NCBI GenBank assembly: GCA_002245135.1
Contig: NGBS01000897.1
Span: 1 to 64,000, forward strand
Direction of reading: 5' to 3'
DNA length: 64,000 bases
Origin: Proteromonas lacertae
Taxonomy: Eukaryota
Shown here: positions 47,396 through 62,261 of the stretch, one piece after another
How the letters are laid out: each line of letters opens with the position of its first letter
Numbering within the stretch: position 1 is the first letter of the stretch
The notes under the pieces: generated by a model
Told to the model about the DNA's origin: nothing
Database searches by the model: none
The model's input: only the letters and a program-made list of their open reading frames with translations
Program-made: the position numbers and the translations under genes

Positions 47396-48810
47396 ATGAG
47401 CTCTGCCACAAATGAAAATATTAGAATAAATAAAAGAAAGTTGAGTGAAGATACTGACAGAGATTTTAAAGAAGTTAAAAGAAGAGTGTTACAAGACATT
47501 ACAAACCAACAAGCTCATGATAAGAATAGTGAATTGGAAGAATCTATGACTGTATACCACCTTGTGCTATAGATTTATAGAGTATAAACCAAATAGCATT
47601 TCAAATGCCAGTCTATGAGAATAATCCAAGTACAGAAGTAAGATACAACACCATAATATATTATATTCAAATAGACCAACACCAGAAAAGAAGATATCTT
47701 TTGTCTCGATGATTTGAGCGTTATATCCAATGATAATAATAAAACAGATGAAGTGGTACTAATGGATAAAGAGTGTGAAAGAATTCACATTTACAACGCA
47801 TTAGTTGAAGAATGTTCACCAGAATACAAGCCTTATTTGAAATGTGTTTATTTTTGTGATATATTAGAAGCAAAATTCGAGAAGGAAGTATATATATATA
47901 TGTATACATAATATAATAAACATAGAATGAAATATACAATGACATTAATTGTAGAGAGTATAAGTTAGATGAGAATAAGAGAAGCAAAATAGTTAAATGG
48001 ATGTTGGAAATATGTTATAAATTAAAATTAAGAAGTACATCTATCTATTTATCTGTATATATTATATATATTTTTTTCATTATTTTTATTTCAATAGATC
48101 AATATAATGGATAATTATTTCTTCATTAAATCGTTATCACCAGTAAACGGAGCTAACGAGTTCATTGGTATTGCAGCAGCATCAATCTTATTAGCATCAA
48201 AATTTGAAGAAGAATCAAATAAATATATTAATAGTAGAATATATGACTATTTATATAATCTATTATATATGAATAATAATAATAATAATTTATGTAAATT
48301 AGAAGAAAAAGTTTTAACAACTTTACATTTTGATATTTATCATCCTTCCAGCAGTGATTTTCTGTATTCATTTTTTATAGTTAATCAATGTAAAAGAGAT
48401 GAAATAAGTCTTGCACAAGTATATATTTTATAAAATTATATATATTATATATATTATAGTATTTATGTGAATTAACATTAACAGATTATAACTTATTAAA
48501 ATATAAAAGTTCATTGATCAGTAGTTCTTCATTATTATTAAGTTTATATATAATAAAAATACATAATAATAATAAAAGAAAAATGAATATAAATGATTTA
48601 TGGAATGAAAAATTATTAACAATGACTCACTATTCTGTTTCTTCTATGAAAGATTGTATTATAATGATAAATAGTTTACATTCAATATCTTTTAATAATA
48701 ATAATAATATTGTATATCAAAAATATAACAATAAGAATTATGGATATGTTTCTAAAATATTTGAACCTGTAGATATTGATTTATTGTTAGATTCATTTAT
48801 TATTATTTAA
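47396..48810 (+). CDS. Mitotic (A/B-type) cyclin, divergent, multi-exon
   Basis: Destruction box RRVLQDITN; cyclin box RSKIVKWMLEI, IGIAAASILLASKFEE, LEEKVLTTLHFDI, YLCELTL, VYQKY. Confidence 0.85.
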
Positions 48811-48899
48811 GTAAATAAGATTTCTTTTTGGTATTTTGTTGTTTTTGGATATAAATCAATGAAAAACAAGAACTAATTAAATTATATTATTATTTAATT

Positions 48900-50216
48900 C
48901 ATTAAGCAGTTTAACGACATCATCATAATGATTAATAAACTTTGTTTCTTTATATTTTAAAGCCATTTTATAACATTTTTTGGCGTTTTCTATATCATTC
49001 TATTCAAAATTTATAGAACAACTTCATACAACCTTCGTATAGTATATTCCAAATATATAATAATGCAGCACTTTATTTTTATCATTTAACATACTTTCTT
49101 CCATTTTGTTTATACAAGATAATGCATTTTCATTATCATCTAAAGATAAGTAACATTATGCTATATCTGTTAATATTAATATTTTGTCATCATCACTTTC
49201 TACATACTCCAATGCCTTTGAATAATACTTCAGAGATTCTTCATATTCATTCTATATATAATATAACTAATATATATCATATACTTTTTCAGAATAATAA
49301 TCTCCACATATTTTATTGATTTCACACTTACGTTTTATGGATTTATTTTCTTTCATTTTATTTATTAATTCATTGACAATTTTATTCCCTTTTTTATCTA
49401 TCAAATCTTTTATTCCTTCAATACCATTATCTAATACTTCTTCATACTATTTCCATATATATATAGAATTTATACTGTTTATTGACTTTATTGATTCATC
49501 AATTGATATTCGCTTTTCCTATTCACCACTAATAATTTCTATATCAATCTGTTATACTTTTCAGGTAATGTATTATTGTATTTATAGATATATATTGTAA
49601 TTATTTTCATCATATAATATAATGAATCAGATTTAAATGGATATTCTTTTGCTAATAATAGATAATAGATTATTCCAATATTCCACATATCACTTTTCAT
49701 ACTTATTTCTTCATCATTCAGTATCTCTGGACATAAATATTTCACTTCTTCTATTGAACTTTTTAAATATTTTTTATTATCTTTTAACAACAAATAATTC
49801 AGATTATCAATTATCAATTCATCTTCTTTTTCATCAATATAGATATTACTCGGTTTAAGGTTGTTATATACTATTCCATTTTCTTGTAATAATTTTATAC
49901 ATCTTACTAACTTCATCATTATTTCATTTATCTCTTTTTCTGATAAGTCTTTATCTTTCAATCACATTTCAAGATTTTTTTCGTATTTTTTCATTATCAC
50001 ATATAAATATTTTTCATTGTTAATGCATCTATCATATACTAAGAACTTCTTTACTTCTAAATCATTCATTCTTTTACTCAATTCAATGAAATCATCTAAA
50101 CTACATAAATTAATATTTTCTTTGTAGTATATCTTCATCAATTTTATTTCATCATTGCGCTTATCCTTCATTTCTAACAAACTGTAGAAATGATTGTTCA
50201 ATATGCTGTTTATCAC
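48900..50216 (-). pseudogene. Degenerate NEK-like protein kinase (pseudokinase or pseudogene)
   Basis: YNNLKPSNI (no HRD), no DFG, YLCPEIL, KSDMWNIG; stop between ORFs 49962-50216 and 49539-49961; C-terminal part fragmented; boundaries approximate. Confidence 0.6.
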
Positions 50217-51042
50217 CTATACATTACTATATACATAATTAGAATACACAATATTCATCACATATGTTTCTTTGCTCTTCCATTCTTCACAATTATTGAT
50301 TTATATTAACAAGCCAAAGTGATTATGTAATTTACATAAATATTTTACATAAATATTTTATATAAAGAATTTTGTCATTAAGAATATTAAAATATTTAAA
50401 TCATTAAAAAATGGTGCAATTCTATGAAATTAATAAGTATTATCTCTTGGTATATAACTAATAATATCAATATCTATGTTCTTTTAGTTACTTGATATAA
50501 CAAAATAATTTATAAATATATAATTCTTTACACATACATATATTGTTATATAATGATTATGACTCTTATTTCTAAAAATAATCCAACTAAATCTTTCTTT
50601 CTCAATTTTATATTTATGTACTTTATGCAATTAACAAGATATTTATATATTTGCAATACATTACATAATATTTTAGTAATTATATCTTCAATCTTTTCTA
50701 TTATATATATTTTACTTAAAAAGCAGAATAATAAGATAACAAAGAGCTGTGCATTTTTTTTCCCTTCTTAATTTTACTTTATAGTGCAATATATTCAAAA
50801 ATAGAAATTTATAACTGTCACTTTTTTAAATATGAATCAATCCCGCTTTTTTAATTTGAATTTCTTTTCTAAAATTCTCAACCCCTGCTTTATTAAAAGC
50901 AATTTAATATTTATCAGTACAATACTTGTAGTAATCTAAATAGTAATAGCTATAAATTTATATAATTCGGAAGACAAATGTCTAAAGCATACTCTAGGAA
51001 TGATTATTCACTAGAAAGGTATTAAATTCGTATCATATTTGG

Positions 51043-52279
51043 ATGAATAGTTTAAATGATAGTGCTAGTAAGATTCGTGCTAAGTGGACTAGTGATGAAG
51101 ATGAAATATTGAAGATGGCTGTAAATGTACACGATGGAAAGAATTGGAAAAAGATTGCATCATACTTTCAAAACAAATCTGAAGTTCAATGTCTTCATCG
51201 CTGGCAGAAAGTATTAAATCCCGATTTATATAAAGGTCCATGGACAAAAGAAGTATAAATTAATCATTTTTATTGATAATTCCAAATAGGAAGATGAGTT
51301 ACTGATTAGATACGTCTCAGAGTATGGAGCTAAGAAATGGTCAAGTATTTCACAACATTTGCCAGGAAGAATAGGAAAACAATGTAGAGAGAGATGGCAT
51401 AATCATTTATCACCAGATGTCAATAAAGATGCGTGGACTGAGAAAGAAGATGAAATTATCATTCGAATGCATGACGAAAATGGTAATAAATGGGCAGAAA
51501 TAGCAAAAGTACTATTAGGACGTACAGATAACGCAATAAAAAATAGATGGAACTCATCTTTGAGGAAAAAAGTTGCAATTTTAAAAAGTCAAGGAATTCA
51601 CGATTATGCTTTAATTGCTAAGAATATCAGAAGGAAAATAGAAAAGAAGAAATATACAAAGAATAATGTCAAGAATAATGTAAAAAAAGAAGAAATACTT
51701 GCAATTGAAGAAGAAGATAATTCAATTAGTGAAACTAACCAAGCCAATTATAGCAAAATATCCATCGCTAATAATAATAGCAATAATAGCAATAGTTCAA
51801 TTATATCTGAAGATTCAAATTCTTCGATTGAATCGTCATTTTCATTTTCAGATTCCATTAATACATCATCAACAACAACTACAGCAACTATCCCTATTCC
51901 TTTTCAATCACCAGCAATTAATAAGTCACTTTCTTCCCCACCTCCAAACACTAATAAAATCAATACAAATCCATCCATTTCAACTCCATTTTACTCAACT
52001 CCTTCAAGACCTCAATTTTCAATAGATATCACTGATTCCCCATGGAATAATTCAAACGCATTAATGACCAACACTCCTGCTATACTAAGAAACCAAGATA
52101 CTCCATTTTTCTCACCAGCTGTTTTTACCCCTATTTTTAATAATATTTTACCTCTAAATAGTATTGCTAATAATACTGCTCCATTATTTTCACCCTCCAC
52201 CACCTCATTACTGTTTTCACCTCCAAGATCAGCAGCTAATAGTACTTATCCTAAAATGAAGTTGGAATTTTCACCTTAA
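51043..52279 (+). CDS. MYB3R: Three-repeat Myb transcription factor (R1R2R3)
   Basis: [19 protein letters not shown] | intron 51253-51289 | [46 protein letters not shown]-rich C-terminus. Confidence 0.93.
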
Positions 52280-52527
52280 TGATATTTATGATTAGAATAT
52301 ATTTTAATCTCAATTTCTTTTAGAACAAAATTCTAAATTATAACTTATAATTGAATTATATGTAATAATTTAATAAAAAGATATGTGAGATGTAATAAAA
52401 ATAAAAATAAAATCATGTAATCTATTTTTAAGAAGTTTTTATTATGTGTTAATTGTGTTCTTTTTCCACATATAATAATACAAATATGATGTAATAGTGT
52501 GTGTGACTATACATAACATTTAAACAA

Positions 52528-55500
52528 TTATTTAAATAGATCATCAAATGCACTGAGATCATTTGCAGGATTAGATTTTTCACCATTTGGTTTAATTAAA
52601 CAACTAAACGGATCATCCTCATTAGATTCACTATTATTCTTATTCTTCTTTGATTCTTTTTCTAATTCACTAAAATCAATTTTCTCTTTTTTATTCATTC
52701 TTTTCGATATTCTTTTTTCTTTATCTGTATTTATTTCGTTAAAAATATTCATTTTATCACCAATTAATATTTCTTGTAGTGCATCTACTAACAAATCATC
52801 ACAACTTTTCTTCGATTTCGTCTTTCTAATTGTTGAAGGACTTGATGGATTTGATGAAAATGATGGGCAAGAATTTGAATTATGTGCTTCTATTGATAAA
52901 GTAGGTGGTTGCCTTAAAGATAGATGTTTTTTATTTATTCTTTCACTGTTTTTGTGACTACCATTTTCTATTTGTATTTCATTGAGTAATTCTTCAAAAC
53001 ATTTTTTACATACAGTTTTCTATTTCATATAAATAAATAATAATAATAATAATAATAATATATATATATATATATATATACAGCAATTGAATCATTTGAA
53101 TATGGAACAGCAGCACTATAATTTGTACAATTTTTACAAAAAATATTTCCACAATTCAAACAATGAATTTTCTTATTAGACCATGAAAATACACTATGAC
53201 ATAATTCACATACACTAACAACCTCTTCCAACTGTAGAATTGGTGCAAAATATATATTTGTAGAATCAATATTATTTTCATTCCTCTGTTGATAAATATA
53301 TTTTCTTATTTCTTCAATCCAACTGATTTTCTCTTCTAAACTATTAGCAGATACATAAAATGAATTATCTTTTGATTTTATTATAAACAAATTCGTTCTG
53401 TCTCTGAATGAATAATTACATGAATCTACATCACAATCTTTTAAATATAATTTCTTTGGTTGAATTACTTTACCTAAATACGGTTTACCATAGATTAAAA
53501 TATCACTAAACAAGTAATACTTATATTCTACTAATTTAGATGGTGTAAACGTAACTAATGTTCCCTATAAAAAAAGAAAATAATAAAAAAACAATTATAT
53601 ATATATATATATACAGCTTTTATAAAGTCTCTATTACCATCATCTAATTTTATTCCACTATTAAACAATTCATTTTTTATTTCATCTATCAATTTATGTG
53701 TTAATCTTCTAGACATTTTTGAATTGTTTACTAAGTCCCCAATTTCTTGTTTTGCTTTTCTCAATTGTTCCTTTTCATCAGATGTATTGGAACTTTCATC
53801 GTCTATAATGATTTTGGAGATGATTTCTTGATAATCAGTTAATCTTTCTAGTGGTTTATTGATTAATAATTCAAAATCTATTTCACAGAGAGGATGGTTC
53901 TTAATAGATTCATAGAAATTGATATTTTCATCACAATTAAGAATGGTTTTTAATCCAGGTAATGTTGACATATACATACTATAAACTCTTAATAATGGAA
54001 TATAGGAGAGAAATACTGGACCAACATTCACCTATATATATATAGGAGGGAAAAAAGAAGATATTAAAGAAGAAGATAATGAATAAAATATAGTGAAAAA
54101 AAATAAGAAATATATATATATATATTAATAAATATACATTATCATATGAATTCTTACACAATTCATTCAAATCATCAATCAATTTATTACTCATTACTAT
54201 TAATTCATCAATACATTCCATAAACACAGCAATATCAGGATTATTTAAACCTTTTACTTTGACATATTTACATTTTGACATGGTTCGAAGCTTGACAAAT
54301 GTTTCATTTACTTCTAAATCTAAATGATGTAATGGTTCAACGAATATAGTGTTTAACAATTCTAATTGATAAAATTTTATAAAAATACTTAAATTCTTTA
54401 CATATTCTATTTCAGTTTTGATTAAATCCCTCAGATTTTTCCCTTTACCAGTTATATTAATTGTATTATCAAATTGTTTCATATTTGTTTTACTATATAA
54501 ATATTCATCTTCTAATCGATGAATTGATTGCATTCGTGGTAAATCAATATTCTTACGATTATAAATGGTTCGAAATATCTCTTTAACTACAATATTGATA
54601 TAACTACATTCTAAATTCAATATATTCATCTACAAATATAATTAAAGAAATATATATAAAAACAGAATTAAAAAGAATAGAAAAAGATATATATTTTTCA
54701 ATTAATTCATATGGTTCAACTGTTTTCTGAAATATAATTGGAACATTCAATCGTGGAAATAATAATACAGTACAACATTGTACTTTGGTTGGATGTCCCT
54801 GATTTACTGTAAAAAGTTCTACAATTTGTTCACTGTAGTATTTACTATTATAATTACCGTTGTTACAATCTTCTAACTTCATTTTACCTATTCCAATTAA
54901 TTTATCACTTCCTATTTTTTGATGATTGTATAATTCTATTATTAAAATATAGTCGTTTAACTCATTCAATTCTATTTCATCTTTTATGCTGATTTTATTC
55001 CATTCATTTTCTTTGTCATTTTCTTTATTTAAAGTTGTTCCTATATCGCACATACCATTGTTAAATGATAAATATAAATTGTTATGTTTTTCTTTCATTT
55101 CATTTGTTATATTTTCGATTTTTGCTGAAGTGATTTCTAATTCAAATGAATTTTCTTTTTCTTCCATTTCAATAGACATACATGGATTACACAATTTGAT
55201 TGGTTCTTTTGAATTGATTGATTTAACTAAGACTTTATCCTTTGATAAACACTTATTACAAACTGCTTTACAACAACGACTATATTTTTAGAAATATAAA
55301 TAACTATACTAACATAAATTCTTCTTGTTAATCAAAGAGAATGATTTTCCACATAATAAACACCTTACATACTTCGATATATCAACATCTTCTGGGTTTG
55401 GATAGTTCAAGCTATCAGTTTTGTTAAATTTCTTTGATGTTTCTTCCATTAGTTTCCTCCAAGTATCTAATTCTTCATTTGATTCGAATATTAGTGTAAA

Positions 55501-56491
55501 TGACTTTTCCAGTGTATTTAAATCAAATGTCAAATCTTTTATGTTTGAAATATACATTCCATCAATTGACAGTTGTCTATGATAATAATAACCAGCTCCA
55601 CTAACTTCTGCATAAATTATACAATCGTTGAATAAGAAAAATTCATATTTTGTTTTATTACCTCTTCTATTGAATTTGTAGATCGAGCCTTGCTTGATCA
55701 AATTTCGATTTTTATGAACAATATCGTTGTAATTAGAGAATCTATAACATTAAATTAATTATTTTATTCATATATACTTTCTCTGCAATTCATTCAACAA
55801 GTTTACATTCTCAGTCTCTCGAATTACCTCATTTATATGATTACAAAGGTTTATAATCATCCCTTTAGCATTTTCAAATGTTCCATAGCATTTTTCATCA
55901 CTTTTTATATACTTTATTAGACTAGTTAGTAGTAATTGATATCTTGGTATTCTTTGAGTTGGTGATATTAAATAGCTTTCCATTGCTTGTGGTGTCTTTG
56001 GATTGGTCGTATAGTTATGTATTTCTTTTATAAATGTTGGATTATTCATATAATTTCGTATAAGATACTGTGAAGATGATTGATTTGCAGCATAGTAGCC
56101 ATATATTTTGAATAGTGGTACATAAGAGAGAAATAATTTTCCTAGTTCTTCTTCTTTTTCTTCTGAAATCTAACAAAACACACTAATTTACTAAAATATA
56201 TACTATTTTGTGTAATTCTTGTAGAAATGAGTTATTAATCACAGCTATTTGTTGAAAATTGCCAAATAACCTAGCTATCATCGGATTATTCATAAATTCT
56301 TCTTTTATAGGCGAATCCATCATTTCAAAACCTTTAATATACACATCAACAAAATTAATCAGTTTTTCAACATATCCTTCCTCTGTAGTTATAATTTCAT
56401 TGATAACCTATATATAGATAATATAAAACAATTTATAGAGAGAGATAGAGAAATAAATATATACTTCTGACTTTTTAGTAAAGCTACTCAT
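52528..56491 (-). CDS. FGD-like RhoGEF: DH-PH-FYVE-like, C2, DH-PH-FYVE-like; multi-exon
   Basis: VINEIITTEEGYVEKL, YLISPTQRIPRYQLLL (DH1); FFLFNDCIIY (PH1); CLLCGKSFSLINKK..C (FYVE1); ELYNHQKIGSDKLIG (C2); LIKTEIEYVKNL, KPLERL (DH2); LFSDILIY (PH2); CELC...HCLNCGNIFCKNC (FYVE2). Confidence 0.85.
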
Positions 56492-56634
56492 GGTGGATCT
56501 AAAATATTCAAAGATAGTAGAAAAAGAGTCGTTTTATTCTGTTTCACTTTAATTTTTAATTTTTTTGATTTATTCTCACCATACAACATAAAATTATATA
56601 AAAATTCAAATATTACTTAACGTATAATAATAAC

Positions 56635-59600
56635 TTACTTTAATAGTTTTTCTACAAGAATGCTACTATTGAGGTTGTTAATAGTGTTAACTACCAACAT
56701 ATACAAGTTGTTATTCTTAGTCTTTGCTTCATTTATAAATTCCCTACAGCACATCTCCAAACTAAGGTTATCTAACACAGGATCAACAACTATATCGTCA
56801 ACCATCTCATAATCAACACTTGTCATTCGAGGAGTAGCATATTGATTAGGAATAGGAGCTATTTATAATATGTTTATATTTATAATATACTTCCATCTTC
56901 ATCTGAATCACTTAAATCACTTTCTACATAAGCTCCTTCTTCTTCATTACCTAAATCATTAATAGCATTCTTCGTAATGTTGGTATAAACAGATGTAAGG
57001 ATTGTTTTTATAGCTTTTGGAACAAAATCAATTTGTTCAAATTTCAACTATTTATATAAAAAATATAATAATATTATAATATACTAAGTTTTTGTGGCTT
57101 CTAGTAACAATTCCTTGATTAAAATCGACAATTGGATTTCCATCTATTTTGGTATTCATAATAAATGGAATATTCAATAATAACAATTTCATAATACATA
57201 AACAAGAAACTTTGATTTTATACTCAGTTGAAAATGTTTCATGGATTTCATTCCATATATTCATAATTGAAATAAATTGACTTTCATTTAATAATTTCAA
57301 ATATTCTTCAGTGTTATCATCATATAAATTTCGTAATATATAATACAATAAACTCTGTTTTATTCCACATAACTTTGATTGTAATAATTTACTTATCACT
57401 TTAGTAAAAATGGCATTTTTCATTTGTTCAGGTAAATTATAATGTATTTCAATTGTATATAAGCATTCTCCAATATATAAACAACTATCTTCATCTCTTT
57501 CACCATCTAATTCTCGACTTAAAATGATTAAAAATGACTGCAAAATATCATCACTAATTATTTTTCCTTCATTTAATTGGATATTTTGAATTAATGATAA
57601 TATACAATTAATACCAACTTGCATTATTGTACTTTCATTACAATTCAATAAGATTCTTCTTAATGGTTCAATTGTTGATAATAATATCTCGGGATATGGT
57701 TTTGGACAGTTTTTATAAGATGATAATAACAAATCGAATGAAGTTCCTAAGAATTCTATTGGAACAGAAGTTGGATTATTAAATAATCGATTAATAATTG
57801 TTATAATTGGAGGAATAATGAGTTGAACACATTTCGGTTCTATTATTTATATATAAATAATAATGATATATATATATAGATATACTAGATATATAGATAT
57901 TATATATTTTTACTATTCTTTCTATTACATCATAATTATTATATTGATTTGACCAAATCTCAATTAATAATGGAACAATTATACTTTCACTACCAATTAT
58001 TAACTCAGAATAAATCTAATTAAAATAGAAAATAATAAATACATTTAATATTATTTTCAAAGTATCTAAAATATCAATTATTCCATCTCCAATTGGTTCT
58101 TTCAATAATAAGGATATTCCATTCATTATATCATTTGTATGAGTATTTAATATTGATGGTAATATTATGGGTAATAGGTGACCTATACATTTACAAGCTG
58201 CAACTCGAAGAATTAGAATATTAGGAGGCTATAGAAATATATTAATTATATATATATAAATATACATTTAAATAGAATAATACTGAATTAACATATAAGT
58301 TAATCATTTCTTGATTTAACTCTTCATAAATATGATATAATGAACAAGTACATCTATTAAATAATAAATAAATAATTATATATATATATATATATATACA
58401 ATAATGATTGCCTTACTAAATAGGGATAATTTGATAAGGAATAACATTTCTGTAAAAATTGATTAGCTTGATTGATGATTGGTTTATAATTTCGAAAATG
58501 AATATATTCCATTAAACTTCCAAATATATAAATAACTGCTTCCAGTGTTTTCCAACCAATATCACTCATAGAATTGTTATTATTTTCTCCAATATAATTC
58601 ATACATTCACTTACACGTTTAGATAGTGAAGTTAATACCAATTCAGTTCCTTTTTTCCTCAAATAATAACAAATTTCACATATAAAATCTTTTACTACTG
58701 TTCTAGTGGAAATATTATTTTCGTCTTCCATCATCATTATATTATTTTCACTTTCTTCAATTAAATGGTTTGTTAATAGTAAATAATTTGGACTTATATA
58801 AACTGTATCATTTAAATAATTCATTATTCCATTTCTTCTCTCATTATTTGTATTGTTAATTAAATTTGATATAAAATCATAACATGATGCTATTACACTT
58901 TCTAAATTGTATTCATCTCCATCAAAATATGATGATAAATTATCTTCTCCTTCAATTTCATACTTTACATATGGTTGAATGGAATTATTGAGAAATTTGT
59001 TTGTTGATTCTAAAATTGTATTTAAAAATGGATGAATAGACTATTATCATATAATAAATAATATATATATACATTAATATAATGTAAAGCTAAAATTCCA
59101 TAAAATTTAAATAATGAAGTATAAAATGATAATGTTTCTGTTATATAAGTTGAATTGATTAAACTGTTATTCAACAAATTAAACCAATCTATTCAATAAT
59201 ATGAATAAATAAATTATATATAAATATACTTGGTAATGCTTCTGTTAAATATGATAATATCTCATTTTTATGTTCATTATGATTATAGATTGATATTAAC
59301 AAGTTTGTTAATACATTTAAACTTTTCGTTCTTATTGATATTGATGAATTATTATTCATTAATAGATTTGATAAATCAGGTAAGATTACACTCAATATTT
59401 CATTACTACCTGGAGATTCTAATAGATTCACTAAATAAGATAATGTATGTAATGCTGGTTGAACTATTGATTCATCATTATTACGAATTAAAGAGTAAAT
59501 TGAAGGGAATAAATTACTCCAATTATTCGGCCAATCACTTTCAGCTATTATTACAATACTACGAACTAACTGAGAACGAATTTCAAACGGAATTATTGTC

Positions 59601-59984
59601 AAATAATTTACTATTGAATCTTTGATTAGCTGTTTCTCGGAATCACAAAGCTAATTGTTAGAATTTATATAATTCTATATATATATACATGAAAATTTTC
59701 ACAACCATTATTCCAAAACTTCGAAATAATACGGTGAAATAACTATTAAAAGTACAAATTTAGAAATATTTGTCATACTACAACTCCAGATTGTTTTATT
59801 TCCATTGATACATCACACTCACTAATGTATTGCAACATACCGTATGTAAAACCTAAATAGAATAAACTTGAAAGAAAATCATACCACTTGTTGTTATTCT
59901 ATTTTCTAATTCATTTTCTGCTTGTTTTCTTATTGAATTATTCGCTGACATTAATCCAGCAAATAATGATTGGTAAGAATCCAT
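56635..59984 (-). CDS. IPO9: Importin-9-like karyopherin beta, multi-exon
   Basis: IRKQAENEL N-terminus, IAESDWPNNWSNL, WKTLEAVIYIFG, IVTRS, acidic loop then DPV; HEAT-like throughout. Confidence 0.8.
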
Positions 59985-61159
59985 TTTAAAGATTAAAAAA
60001 ACAATTTGCAACGACTATATATTTTGAAACAACATATTTTGCTTAAAATCTTTGTTAGATAATGCTTTATACTGATTATTAACTCATCATTACAAAGTAT
60101 TGTAAATAATTTATTTTTTATTATAAAAGAAAGAGTTGAAAGAAGTACATGTGAAAATTATGTGTTAATATATAGTAAAAAAATGAAATTAAAATCTACA
60201 GTATGAATGAAGATTAAAAAGAAAGTGAATAAATTATAGTGTCAATTACTTATTGTTGTAATTACTATATCATTCGTAAATAACATGAATTAATAGTTGT
60301 TATAAAATCTGTTTATTATATGAATGAATGAAAATAATTATCATAAACGATGTTATTAGTTTATTTTAGTCTTCTTTATAGTGAATAAATAAATATTAAG
60401 TTGAAGTTGAGTTTAAATCTGTTTGTTTGTGTGATTTTATAGATTATATATATGTTCATAAGTAAAATAGAAATAAAGCAAAAAGAATAAACACAACAGT
60501 CAATATCACTAAGAAAAAAGTCCCCCATAATACTACTATCAAAATTTTCAAAATTTTAACTTTATAATTCTGATGAGATGTTGTGTTATGTTGTAAATAT
60601 GAAGAATTCAAATTATTTTCATCATTCATTATCCTTATATATCACACTCTTTTAGAAATACTTATAAACATTTCATATTACTCTAATAATGATTATATTC
60701 AAAGAAATAACACAATATATCAATTTATCATTGAAAATATTGTTCTATCTGTTCTTAATGATGATTTAAAGAGAAAAAATGAAAATGAGAAAAGAAACGA
60801 CTAAATATTTATAAATAAAAAGTAATTTTTGTGAAATTGATGTGAAGATGATATTTTATGGTGAATGTAAGAATATAAAGCATAAATATAATGATAGTTT
60901 TATTTATTTAGATGAAATAAATGAAGATAGAAAGAGATTTGAAAATTTGTTTGAGAGTATACTGATGTGATGTTTATAAAATAATTCAGTTCTGCTATGA
61001 AAATATGAATTGTGAATATTGTGATGAAATATGAAAGTATTTTAGTTTAGAAAGAATTGTTGAGTTTATATAAATAAGAGTGTGATTGTAATGATTAATA
61101 GTTTTTATTTATGATAATATAGAAGAGTATAATAACACATGTTATGATATATTTATATA

Positions 61160-61914
61160 GGAAATTATCAGTTTTATGAAAGATTTAATTAGTGGACTAA
61201 AGTATCTTCACAGTCAAGAAATAACATTTCCATCAAAATCCTCGTATATATACACCAGCTAGTGATGTATATTCTCTTGGATGTATATTATATGAGATAT
61301 ATACATTAAGAATGCTATTTAAAGGAAGTGTCAAATCATATATATTAGATCAGATAACATCAGATAAAGCAATAAAATTTGATAGGATAAGTATTGAAAG
61401 AATACCTGAGATTGAAAAATTAATAATACGAATGTTAGAAATAGATACTAGTAAAAGAATCACTTTAGAAGAAATTGAAAAAGAAATGAATAGAATTTCA
61501 CCACCTCAACCTACATATGTTGTCCTAAAGAACGAATACTCTCACTATAATTCATTAATTCTAGATGTTTATTTAGGATCATGTAGAATCAATTATGCAA
61601 ATATTAATGATATTAATTATATTTGGAGAAATGAGTTTACACAGATATTCTTTCCTTCAATTGGACAAAATGATCCTTCTTTTACTAAAGAAGATGCAGA
61701 TGTATTAAAGAATAATAAAGATAAGTTTGTAGTAGATTTACATAGACTAATAGATAGATTTTATCACACACCATATAATTTAAATGCTATGATAGAATTC
61801 TTAGAATCAATAGAAGATGAACCAGAGTATATAGCAAAAATAATATATACATTATCTTCTAACAAATATTTTCTAAGTTCATATTTTGTTTTCTTTTTGT
61901 CTTTTTCTCAATAA
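61160..61914 (+). pseudogene. Internally deleted protein kinase relic
   Basis: MKDLISGLKYLHSQEI runs almost directly into YTPASDVYSLGCILYEI..MLEIDTSKRIT; catalytic loop, DFG and APE regions absent; upstream frames broken. Confidence 0.65.
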
Positions 61915-62261
61915 CCATAAGTAACTAAAAAATGTAAATTTTCACATCTTTCAAATATTTTATATTTATAAATATTCTCTAAATAGACAAAATACAAAAT
62001 TTACTAATGATGATGAGAATAGAGCAAATAAGTATTTCTTTATGGATATATTTAGTAATGATGAAATTAAACAATGGAAAGAAAAATGTTTACCAACTGA
62101 ACTGCAAAAATCAATAGAAAAAAAATGAGTTTAATAGTAGATATGGAAATGTTCCAAGACACATTTATTATGCTTCAATATATGATGTATGTTTTAGAGA
62201 TGATTATTGGGATAAAATTTATTTAAAAGGTATAAAAAGAATAGTAGGTAAACTTGGTTAT

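Noticed and set aside
50841..50861. E2F/CHR-like TCCCGC..TTTGAA upstream of MYB3R
   Set aside because: Single short match with non-canonical spacing; TTTGAA is very frequent in this composition.
43435..52279. Cell-cycle gene cluster (MAPK, cyclin, NEK-like, MYB3R)
   Set aside because: Interrupted by unrelated genes (RPS4, MMACHC-like) and these families are common; likely chance.
1153..59625. Numerous short antisense or alternative-frame ORFs (e.g. 1153-1404, 12855-13115, 29137-29427, 43906-44404, 49122-50127, 51699-52203, 54986-55291, 59230-59625)
   Set aside because: Shadows of real genes on the other strand or frame; no independent evidence.
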